Assembly (NCBI GenBank): GCA_002269645.1
Contig: NIVC01001621.1
Span: 14,320-78,319, forward strand
DNA from: Macrostomum lignano
Lineage: Eukaryota
Length of the DNA stretch: 64,000 nucleotides
Reading direction: 5' to 3'
The notes below the pieces were generated by a model. It was not told where the DNA came from. It did not search any database and was given only the letters and a program-made list of their open reading frames with translations. Every line of letters begins with the position of its first letter. The first letter of the stretch is position 1. The position numbers and the translations under genes are program-made. Below, one piece after another: positions 36,801-48,800 of this stretch.

Positions 36801-39800
36801 GGCAGGCTAGAGAGTGGGCACCGTTCCAGCTGGCATCCAGTATGGGCTGCAGGCGCTGCTCATAAATCTCCTGGAGTTGAGTCGAGGATTACTAATTAGC
36901 TGACCAGGCATGGTTTCGAATTGCTCTTGCCGTTTACCCATGACTTTATTAAATAACGGGTATGGTTATAAAATGGGTGCCAGCATTAGCTGGGGTAATC
37001 GAGGGTGTGTGGCGACCCCCGAATCTTTGGATTGAACAGCCGTACGCAGCCTTCAGAAGCGCCGCGCAATTGCTGCGGCTGAGCTGTCGGTTGCACACCT
37101 ATCTTAATTATATTATTGGAGGCTAGCAGTCAGGTCTATACTCTAGACTGCTCACACAGGGTCTCAGTGCCTTGGAGGACACTCCAGCTAATACAGACAG
37201 CAGTACAAATATGCCCCCAGTTACCTTGGCTCTTTTTGACATGTGCTCAGCCATGAGTTCCACAGCATTGGCCAGATTTTGATTACTACAGTCGCTTTCA
37301 ATATGCCGAGCTTTGTACACTCCGGCCGCGGTTGCCAGAGCAATCAGATGCCCATCGGACTTATTTAGCTTTATCTTCTGCGGGGATGAGTTGATTAAGA
37401 GTACAAGCATGTAGATATAGAAATGAGTTGCAATGCATTGTGCACAGGACACATAAATGAATGTGGCCGCCCACGCAATCAAACCAAGGACAACTAAAGC
37501 AACGTTTATAAAGGACGCAAAACTCGAAATCTATGGAAAATGTTTTGAAGGCCACTTTTCGCAGAAAAATACACTAAGGAGATAGGAAGTTTTCATTTTT
37601 TCAGCACAAAGATTGTTATTGCTTGCTTTCGATAGGAGGGCTGAGCCTCTCTTATAGCTCTATTGATATTCATAGAGCTTTTCGTTCAGAGAATCAGGAT
37701 TCTATGTTAATTTGTATTCTACGTACAAATTGCACATGTCCCTTGCCTAAAAACCATTAAAAATGGCACGGCTCATCTTATGGGTTTTTATGAGTCTATT
37801 TTGTCATTCTCAGCTGACTGTGTAACAGTATGTGTGACAGAAATGATAAAATAGATTTATAAAACCAAAGATTTGAGCTGTGTCATGAAATTTAATGATT
37901 TTTAGGTACAGGAAATGTACGTAGAATACAAAATGAACATAGAATCCTGATTTTCTGAACGAAAAGCTTTATGAATATCAATAGAGCTATAAGAAAGGCA
38001 CAACATATCAAAAGATGAACATTGGATCTGCCTCCTATCGAAAGCTTCCTATCTCCGTTGTGTATTTTTCGACGAAAATTGGCCTTCAAAACATGTTCCA
38101 TAGATTTCGAGTGTAGCGTCCTTCTACTCGTACTTTAGTAGTCCTTGAATCGAACCAGGGGCCGCTACGGTTTAGTAAATCCGAATAAAATCCGAATTGA
38201 TTTGCAACCCACCTTCATCGCGGCCGAGAACTCGGGCTTTCCAGACAAATAGCCGGTCCAAAAAGCGTCGCGCAGTTTTCGATAAGCAGGCGACAGACAG
38301 AGCAGCAGCTCGGGCTCCTGACAGCGGCCTTCGAGGCTTCTCAGCTCGGCGGCAAAGACGACGCCGAGGCCTGTGGGATCGCGGCGCAGAGCTGCCAGGC
38401 CAGCTGACACGCCGAGCCGACGGCACAGGCAGCGGAGCAGGTAGATACGAGGCCAGGCCTGTCAATTAGTAGGCGTTTCTTTCTATCTACATGTGCTATA
38501 GGCCCAAAGTCGTTTGAGTTGTCTGAGTTGCGTCCACGGATATTAGAATAACTAGATGGGCAACAGGCATATATACTTATTAGTAAAACAGCTTTCTACT
38601 TTCAGTTCAGTAGCAAAGAAGAATACATGAGCTATTTTATAAAAATAAAGGCAGCTGAAACGACTGATAAGTTTAAAAGCCCCAAAAGCTTGCAGGCGTA
38701 AACAGCTTGCTAATTGGTTCAGCAATAATGTACATTGGCCAGTCCACTGAAATGTACATGGCCGCTTTAGGCTGGAATTCCGAGAGAAAGGCAATAAAAT
38801 TGGGGCGGGGCGGGGGGGAATGTGGAAAGGCGCGGTTGGAGGGTTTAAGCTGTGGGGAAAGAGCCAATAAATGAGCCTTGGCTTTAAAAATACATTTAAA
38901 TGCTCCGGTTTAACTTACTACTGAACTGACAGTAGCTTACACGCAAATGTGCTGACTGGCCCATCTAGTTATTCTGTGGTTGCATCCAAAGCGCATCTGC
39001 GTCACTTAATGAATTTAGAAACGCATTTCGAATTTATAACGACTCTGTTGAGTCTACTTGAAATGAATACTCGTAGAAAGTAAAGCGCTAACACAACGGC
39101 TATAATGATATACCTGATGCTTGTCTGCCAGCCGCTGGAGAAAATCGGCACTGCCCAGAGCTGAAGCAACAGACCCGCTGGCAATGATTCTGTTAGCCAG
39201 CAGAGCAAGGCCAATACGCCACGTGGCGAGCCGACGCAGCTGGCCAATCAGGCTGGACACAAAGGCTGGCGTGACTGAGTTGGACCCGGCGCTGACAGCT
39301 GGCGGCAATGGCTGCGGCAGATTGGTGGACAGCCAGTCGAGAGCTTGATGCCAGCGGCGCTCGGGGTCCATCCTGAGTGTGTAACGAGGCGATTGTGTCT
39401 GGCATCAGTAGGAGCAAGGGGCGCAGCCAAGGTGGGGTTCTGTTCCAAAATTATGACAATTGGCGCCGCAAAAGACCCATTTAGATGGCGCCCCCCCCCC
39501 CAACTCAAATGAGATTGTCTCCACTCAAATGAGATTGTTTCCCCAACTCAAATGAGATTGTGTCCCAACTCAAATGAGATTGTGTCCTCACTCAAATAAG
39601 ATTGTCTTCAACTCAAATGAGATTGTGTCCTCACTCAAATAAGATTGTCTTTAACTCAAATGAGATTGTGTCCTCACTCAAATAAGATTGTCTTTAACTC
39701 AAATAAGATTGTGTCTCCAACTCAAATAATATTGTGTCCCCGCTCAAATGAAAAAGCGCCCCCACGTGAAACGGCACTCTACTCAAATGAAATAGCACCC

Positions 39801-42800
39801 CCACGTGAAACGGCGCCCCCACGTGAAACGGCGCCCCCATTCAAATGAAATAGCGCCCCCCACATGAAACGGCGCCCCCATTCGAATGAAATAGCGCCCC
39901 CACATGAAACGGCGCCCCCATTCGAATGAAATAGCGCCCCCCACATGAAACGGCGCCCCCATTCGAATGAAATAGCGCCCCCACATGAAACGGCGCCCCC
40001 ATTCGAATGAAATAGCGCCCCCCACATGAAACGGCGCCCCCATTCAAATGAAATAGCGCCCCCACGTGAAACGGAGCTCCCACTCAAATGAAATAGCGCC
40101 CCTCACGTGAAACGGAGCTCCCACTCAAATGAAATAGCGCCCCTCACGTGAAACGGAGCTCCCACTCAAATGAAATAGCGCCCCTCACGTGAAACGGCGC
40201 TCCCATTCTAATGAAATAGCGCCCCCCACGTGAAACGGCGCCCCAATCAAATGAAATGGCGCCCCAACGTGAAATGGCGCCCCCACGTGAAACGGCGCTC
40301 ACTCAAATGAAACGGCGCCTCACTCAAATGAAACGGCGCCTCACTCAAATGAAACGGCGCCCCACTCAAATGAAACGGCGCCCCACTCAAATGAAATAGC
40401 GCTTACCTCGTCAATTCAACCAAACAGGCATCTTCAAAGCAGTGCAATATAATTAGCCGCAGATGGAATTCCTCCTCAGGCTGAATTAGGATCAGCACAT
40501 GAGTTAAGTGCTCAGTGAGTTGCTCTACTACTAGTTCATGATGATAGGACAGTAGTAACTGCAGTACATAAGACCGGAAAACCACGCCTTCACCGTCTGA
40601 GCGGTCTTGGAAGAAGCCAAAATTGTCGTCGGGACTGCACCTGAAATTACAATACGGCAAATTATTTAACTAGGCTTGTTTCCGGAATTAATAAAATACA
40701 ACTCGTCAACAATACTTGTATAAGGGACGCTGAACTTTTATACAAGTTTTGTATCAGCATATAAACTTTAGTAAGCTAAATGAAATGTTTATGTATACTA
40801 AACAGTAAGTTTGTGGTATCTCATGGAACAGTTGCTGAGATGCCAATTGGCTCAATGGGGAGTTGCTGAGATGCTAAAGCTCAATGGGGAGTTGCTGAGA
40901 TGCCAATTGGCTCAATGGGGGGAGTTGCTGAGATGCCAATTGGCTCAATGGGGAGTTGCTGAGATGCTAAAGCTCAATGGGGAGTTGCTGAGATGCCAAT
41001 TGGCTCAATGGGGGGAGTTGCTGAGATGCCAATTGGCTCAATGGGGAGTTGCTGAGATGCTAAAGCTCAATGGGGAGTTGCTGAGATGCCAATTGGCTCA
41101 ATGGGGGAGTTGCTGAGATGCCAATTGGCTCAATGGGGAGTTGCTGAGATGCCAATTGGCTCAATGGGGAGTGGCTGAGATGCCAATTGGCTCAATGGGG
41201 GAGTTGCTGAGATGCCAATTGGCTCAATGGGGGGAGTTGCTGAGATGCCAATTGGCTCAATGGGGGAGTTGCTGAGATGCCAATTGGCTCAATGGGGAGT
41301 TGCTGAGATGCCAATTGGCTCAATGGGGAGTTGCTGAGATGCCAATTGGCTCAATGGGGAGTTGCTGAGATGCCAATTGGCTCAATGGGGAGTTGCTGAG
41401 ATGCTAAAGCTCAATGGGGAGTTGCTGAGATGCCAATTGGCTCAATGGGGAGTTGCTGAGATGCCAATTGGCTCAATGGGGAGTTGCTGAGATGCTAAAG
41501 CTCAATGGGGAGTTGCTGAGATGCCAATTGGCTCAATGGGGAGTTGCTGAGATGACAATTGGCTCAATGGGGGGGAGTTGCTGAGATGCCAATTGGCTCA
41601 ATGGGGAGTTGCTGAGATGCCAATTGGCTCAATGGGGAGTTGCTGAGATGCCAATTGGCTCAATGGGGGGGAGTTGCTGAGATGCCGTCTTTAACTCCAT
41701 CAGTGAAGAGACTCCTGAAGAAGATTATCTGAGAAACCGTTTAATAGATAAGTAAAAATAAATATTTCCACCAACCGAGTGACATAGTTAAGCAGATAGG
41801 CACATAGTTCTGGTTTGGGCGCCTGGCGCATGTTAGATCCGAAGCATAACCGGGACACGACGTCCATTAGGAAGGCGTTGCATCGATTTCTAAACTTTTC
41901 TAATAAAGGATGCGGTCCAGCGGCGGCTTTAGCGGCTTTCTTAGCGTCCGATTCGGTGAGCTGTTTGCGGCAGCGCGGACAGGAGTTCTTGGTTTTGTGG
42001 CCGCCAGAAACTGCCAGACGAAGGCACCGACCGCAGAGATGGTCGCCGCAGCTCAAAGCCGCGATGGTGCTACGCGAGTCCTCGCAAAGCTGACACCTTG
42101 TGACCCTGAGAATTGGCGAGGATAGATAGAAACTTTCATTGATAAATAGAAGACAACAGATTGCTTCAGCTAGATCTGGATCACAGATACTAAAATAACT
42201 TGATGGGCCACTCAGGCATATATACTAAGTAAAACAACTTTCTATTTTCAGTTCAGTAGCAAAGCTAGGAATAAAACATAAGGAGGAATACATCCATAAA
42301 AACCACAGATACTAGAATAACTAGATGTGTCACTCGCAATTAAAATTGTGAAAAAGTAAAGCCTCTACTCTTTTTTCAGTAGTTGTCACGCGAATGTAAT
42401 TTAAATTTGATGTAAAATTCCTTTCCTTCCTCATGGAAGAGCAAATGGGGTTAAGAATGAACAAGCATTTGTTAACTCAATGTACACAAATGAACGCAAG
42501 ACGGACGAAACTCAGCCTAGGGGGGGGGGAGGGGCAGGCCCAATCTAGCTCAGCCAATGAGAGAGCAGTAGAGAGATGTCTGGGCGCCAGCACTAATTCT
42601 CTCTTGCTCTCTATGTCAAGCACTGAATTTGGGAATTTTACATTTTTATAGTTTTCTACAGTCTTAAGTCTTAAATTCGTTTATTTTTGAACCGGTAAAA
42701 CTCAGCAGACATGCTTATTTAATTAGCCTGCTTGTAGAATTAGGCACAGACATATTTTGCAGCTTTAAAAACATAAAATTTCGTTTGAAAGTAGATAAAT

Positions 42801-45800
42801 TTTAATTTTACTTTTATAAAGGCAAAAACGCTAATTTTGCTACTGAAAAAGAGTAGAGAAACGCATTTTTTTGCGAGTGACACATGTATATAATCATGGA
42901 TGTTTAATGCGCATTCTAGGGTTAGAAAGTCCGAGGCTGCATTTGATGGTCTCGAGGCGAGCGAAGCGAGCCGAGGACCATTAAGTGTGGCCGAGGACTT
43001 TCTACCATAGAATGCGCATTAAACTACCTTGATCTTATATGAAATCCGAATTACTTATTTTTGTAGCTTTCTCTTGAGCCGGGCCGAATGCGGTGCAGCC
43101 AGTCGGCAAAGATTCGACTGGGGGTGTCGGGGCGAAGCCCCGACTGGGGGTGTGGGGGCGAAGCCCCCACATTGGAACCATAGACAAATTTTCCATAAAT
43201 TTAAGACAGTACTAGCTAGACGAAATCCGAATTACTTTCTTTCGTAGCTTTCTCTTGAACCACACCGCGATGGAAGAAGAATTTGATAGCGACACCTTTT
43301 TTAATTTTTTCGATCTAGCCCCTGCTGGAAATGTAGTTCCGCCGCCCCTCGGAAACGCTAAAACACTGCCGACCAAACCTAGCTCTCGTTTCGGTGAGTT
43401 GCTTGATGAGACCGCTTTGGAGCGCAGAATGCTAGAGAGCTCACCTGAGTCTACACTAGCAAGAGAAAAGTGGGCGATGAATGTGTTCCAGACGTGGAAG
43501 GAGAATCGTGTCCAACTGCAAATGCAAGGCCGTCTGTCAGGACTCGCGGTGATTAAGCCTGTCGAAGAGCTTACAAAGAATGAGATCAACGAACTGTTGC
43601 ACTTCGTTTTTGAGGTGAGGAAGGAGAATGGCGAAAAATATCCGCCGGGAACTCTGAAAAACTTGGTATCGATGATCCAACACTTTTACGTGAGCCTGTC
43701 GCTTCTGGAGATTCCAGCGCTCCTATTACTGACCACGGTGTCAAGTCTATCATCATTGATGGAGCTAAAATCGAAATTCAGTTTAAGTGAGTTTGTGAAA
43801 CGTTTAATGCATTGCCTATTATTGAAAAAAACGTAATATGTTTCCTATATAACCCTACCAATTGTCCATGGCTTGGCTAGAAAATTGTTTTTTGTTGCTT
43901 CGTTATACAGTATATAATAACAGTTTTTTTGTTGCATCCAAGTACACTGTCTAGTTCTGTTTAGTCTATGGTTCAAACTGCTTTCATTTAGGGACCATCA
44001 AATCATTTGATGGTCTCCATTTTGGAGCCCATCAAATTATTTGATGTGCCTGGAATTATAGCACTTTAAACCATAGACTAGGCTTTCCTGGCTCAGAATG
44101 AGCCCAATAAATGTCAATAAAATAAGTAATCGGATTTTATCTAGTTATTCTAGTATAGTATTTGTCATGCTATCTCAGCCTAGAGACATCCAAACTCAGC
44201 CAGTCCCATTCCGCAATGCGTTTTTTTGGCTCGAGCTAGTCGACTTTTATCATAGACATGCTTCTTAAGGCCATGCTATCTCAGCCTGGGACATGCAATC
44301 TCAGCCAATATAGATTTCAATTGCAAACAGATCTCAATGCTGGGAAGCTGGGCACTCAGCTTCGTGCGCAATGCTTTCAGCGTCGCCAGGGGGTTCGCAT
44401 CCACGAAAGCAATAAGCGCCTGGCGCATCTCCTCATCGAACTTGCATGAGCTAATCTTTCTTCCCCCTCGCGGGAGGGCATCCACCCGGCCCGTTGCTTC
44501 ATAAATCCTGACGATATGCCGAGCTGTCTTCAGATTCATGCGAAGAACTTTGGCGGCCACACGTAGGTCCTGACCTTCCGTCCACGCAGCAATCAGTCGT
44601 CTTCTGTCTTCGTCGCTTGTTGCTCTCATTCTGTTTCATTTGCTTCGATCACAGACTAAGCCACAGACAGCTTGACATAGCATCTGAAAAGTGGCTGAGA
44701 TTGCATGTCCCAGGCCGAGACAGCACGGCCCCAAGAAGCATGTCTATGGTAAAACTTGACTGGCTTACGTAAAAAATCGCACTGTCGAGATGGGCTGGCT
44801 GAGTTTGGATGTCTCTAGGCTGAGATAGCATGACAAATACTATATCTGTGATAAAAACAAAGGCAGCTGATATTACTTTAATAAGTTTAGAAGCCCACAA
44901 GCTTGCAGGCGCAAACAGCTTGCTAATTGGTTCAGCAATAATGTACATCGGCCAGTCCACTGAAATGGGGGGCGCTTCATAAGACCTAAATTTCACAACG
45001 CCTAAAGCACGTGACTTCACATCACCTAAATTTCATAACGCCTAAATTTCACATCGCCTAAATTTCACAACGCCTAAAATTTCTGCACGCTCCTTCACAT
45101 CGCCTAAATTTCATATCGCCTAAATTTCATAACGCCTAAATTTCATATCGCCTAAATTTCATATCGCCTAAATTTCATATCGCCTAAATTTCATATCGCC
45201 TAAATTTCACAACGCCTAAAAATCTGCATGCTCTTTCATATCGCCTAAACTTCATATCGCCTAAATTTCATCGCGTTGTGAAGGAGGCTGCATATATTTT
45301 AGGCGTTGTGAAATTTAGGCGATATGAAATTTAGGCGTTGTGAAGTGTGGTGGTTTTAGGCGTTGTGAAATTTAGGTCTTATGAAAGCGTCCCCTGAAAT
45401 GTACATGGCAGCTTTAGACCGGAATTCCGAGAGAGGCAATAAAAATTGGGGCGGGTGGGGGTAGTGTAGAAAGGCGCGGTTGGAGGGTTTAAGCTTGGGG
45501 GGGGGGGGTAAGAGCCAATAAATGAGCCTTAGCTTTAAAATTGACAGTATTTTGACATTAAAATGCTTCTGTTTAATTTACTACTGAACTGAAAGTAGCT
45601 TACATGCAAAAGTGCTAAGTGGTCCATCTAGTTATTCTAGTATCTGTGATCTAGATAAAAGTTTTAATGTTTCTAAGAAACTAAGAAACTAAGTTTCGTG
45701 TCATTTCATCATGATTCTGATCTTAGTATAAAGCAATACTCACCCCATAACTTTTGAGCGCACTGATTCGTTAGCAGTTTCTAGAAATCTTTCCAAAGTT

Positions 45801-48800
45801 TTGATGCAATCGGCCTCTTGGAATGTTATATTTTCGCGCTCAAGCATCTGAAAGTGTTGAACAGAAACATAAGAGTATAATGCAGCCTTAGTTTATGGCT
45901 CTCTTGGTAATGCAGCTTTAGTTTATGACCCTCTTGATAATGCAATCTTAGTTTATGACCCTCTTGATAACGCAGCCAGCCTTAGATCATGACCCTCTTG
46001 ATAATGCAGCCTTAGTTTATGACCCTCTTTATAACGCAGCCAGCCTTAGTTTGTGACTCTTGATAATGCAATTTTAGTTTATGACCCTCTTGATAACGCA
46101 GCCAGCCTTAGATCATGACCCTCTTGATAATGCAGCCTTAGTTTGTGACCGTAACTTTTTAAGCGTTACTGGATAAAATGGTGACAAATTATATTATATT
46201 AATGTGTTATTAATCAGTGAATAGACATTCACTCACACTCCAAAGCTGAATAGGCTTAATAAGAAATTCTTCCAGTTCATGCTCGGCATCAAACGGCATG
46301 GAAACGTGGCGCAAGAAGAATGCCACGCACTGAACCCGGTCCCACAGCTGGCGATGGGAGTCCCGCGGGTTTGTACAGTACTGATCTAGTATCGACTGCA
46401 CAACGCTCTGACAATTGGACACCTGAGCTATCCAGCGGGCCCGGGTATGCGGCTTGTTCAGGTCGTGCCTGCTCTTGTCCAGCTGCTGGTGGAACGACTC
46501 GAATAGGATCTGGATGATGAAGGGGACATTCAGGACTGAGCATTAGATCGCGCGTATAATTATAGTAAGCTTTCATGATGACTTGAAGAATTTATTGAGT
46601 ATGCTAAGCTTTTTAACTTCTAGTAGAAGATTAAGGGGCGATTCTAGAGGGGTATGAAGGCAGATTCTAATGGGGTATGATGGGGATTCCAGTCGGGTAT
46701 TGAGGGGCGAGTCTAATTGAGTGTGGATGGGCGATTCTAATGGGGTATTGAGGGAGATTCTAGAGGGTATGAGGCCAGATTTTAATGGGGTATGATGGGG
46801 ATTCCAGTCGGGTATTGAGGGGCGATTCTAATGGGGCATTGTGGGGCGAATCTAATTGGGTGTGGTGGGGCGATTCTAATGGGGTATTGAGGGAGATTCT
46901 AGAGGGTATGAGGCCAGATTTTAATGGGGTATGATGGGGATTCCAGTCGGGTATTGAGGGGCGATTCTAATGGGGCATTGTGGGGCGAATCTAATTGGGT
47001 GTGGTGGGGCGATTCTAATGGGGTATTGAGGGAGATTCTAGAGGGTATGAGGGCAGATTCTAATGAGGTATTGAGGAGCGATTCTAATGGGGTATTGAGG
47101 GAGATTCTAGAGGGTATGAGGGCAGATTTTAATGGGGTATTGAGGAGCGATTCTAATGGGGTATTGAGGGGCGATTCTAATGGGGTATTGAGGGAGATTC
47201 TAGAGGGTATGAGGGCAGATTCTAATGGGGTATTGAGGAGCGATTCTAATGGGGTATTGAGGGGCGATTCTAATGGGGTATTGAGGGAGATTCTAGAGGG
47301 TATGAGGGCAGATTCTAATGAGGTATTGAGGAGCGATTCTAATGGGGAATTGAGGGGCGATTCTAATGGGGCATTGAGGGGCGAATCTAATTGGGTGTGG
47401 AGGGGCGATTCTAATGGGGTATTGAGAGAGATTCTAGAGGGTATGAGGGCAGATTCTAATGAGGTATTGAGGAGCGATTCTAATGGGGTATTGAGAGAGA
47501 TTCTAGAGGGTATGAGGGCAGATTCTAATGAGGTATTGAGGAGCGATTCTAATGGGGTATTGAGAGAGATTCTAGAGGGTATGAGGCTGCGGCACTGCGG
47601 CAGCACTGCAGTTTACTTACCAGTGGCAACGCGGCCGGTCCACCAACGCATGCGTCAACAGGCGGCAGCTGGAGACCTTTGACGCGGTGCAGCAGCCGCA
47701 GGGCGCAGGTCAGGTGCGGCTTGGCACCGGAGACGGCTACATAGACGCGACAGATGGCCAACAGAAGGCTGTGCGAACCGGACCGGATTCTCTCCAGACT
47801 GGTTGACTGCTGAAGACCTTCAGGGTCTTCGCCATATTGCGCAACATCCGCCGATTCCATACCAGCCACCGAGGCGGAGATCACAGGAGTCAGGACGGCA
47901 ACGTCGTCCTCAGTGGCCGATAGCACCTCAATGTGAAGAAGATCGTGCAGGAACTGATTCCACAGGCCAGTGACATTGTCTGTCATCCCGGTGTCGCAGC
48001 TGTCAATCAACGCCCTGCCGCAGGGAGTCTCGACAGTAGTCGGGCCAAATCCAGAGCCATGGCCTCCTCAGCTGAGGCAGACTGCACAGCGGTTGGCAAG
48101 GCCTGGGCAAGGGAGCGCAGCTGCTCGGCGAAGCACCAGGCGAACGGGAATGCGCCGACGAATCGGTGCCCGTCCAGACTCGAACTCGGGACGTCAATCC
48201 GTTGCAGCTCGCCGGTTCCCTGATGATAGCTGGCGGTCAGCTGGTCGCGATTAGCCGCGGGCCGAAGGCAGCGCAGCCACAGGCGCCGGTGCAGCGAATA
48301 GCCGTCCAAATTGTCTTCCTTGTCAACGAAGGCCACAAAGCAGGCCAGGGCTGGGATGACTTTGCGTTTAACATTGCGCCAAGCGCTCTCCCTGCATGGA
48401 TTGATGTTGTTAAAAACAGGGCGCGATGTACTTTAAATCAGCAGCCCATAGATAAATACAATAATACAACAGTAGAAAAACTCACATAAATGTACCAGCC
48501 TCTGTAACATTCTCATCTTTAGCGGCCTCGAAGCTGAGCCAATCGTTTGGATTGTAGTTGGCATAGGAGTTTGATTCTCTATGCTCCAGAGTGGACACTA
48601 TGTACTCATTGAGTGCTGCCAGGAACTCCTGGTCTGCGAAGGATTAAATGGCGATCGTCGTAGTGACTTAGTTTGACAACCAATTATGCAGGTATAAAAA
48701 CCCCACCCAGCCAATTACCATAGACTATTGTGTTTTGCTTCAGTCAGTCAGTCAGTCAGTCAGTCAGTCAGTCAGTCAGTCAGTCAGTCAGCCAGTCAGT

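Larger units (their letters stand above)
42304..44850. mobile_element. hAT-like MITE family B (same TIR, different interior), nested in A
   Basis: Perfect TSD ATAAAAAC; interior is the reverse complement of 51590-52171. Confidence 0.85.
42182..45648. mobile_element. hAT-like MITE family A copy carrying nested insertions
   Basis: Collinear with 38535-38978 when inserts are removed; TSD ATCTGGAT/ATCTAGAT. Confidence 0.82.
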
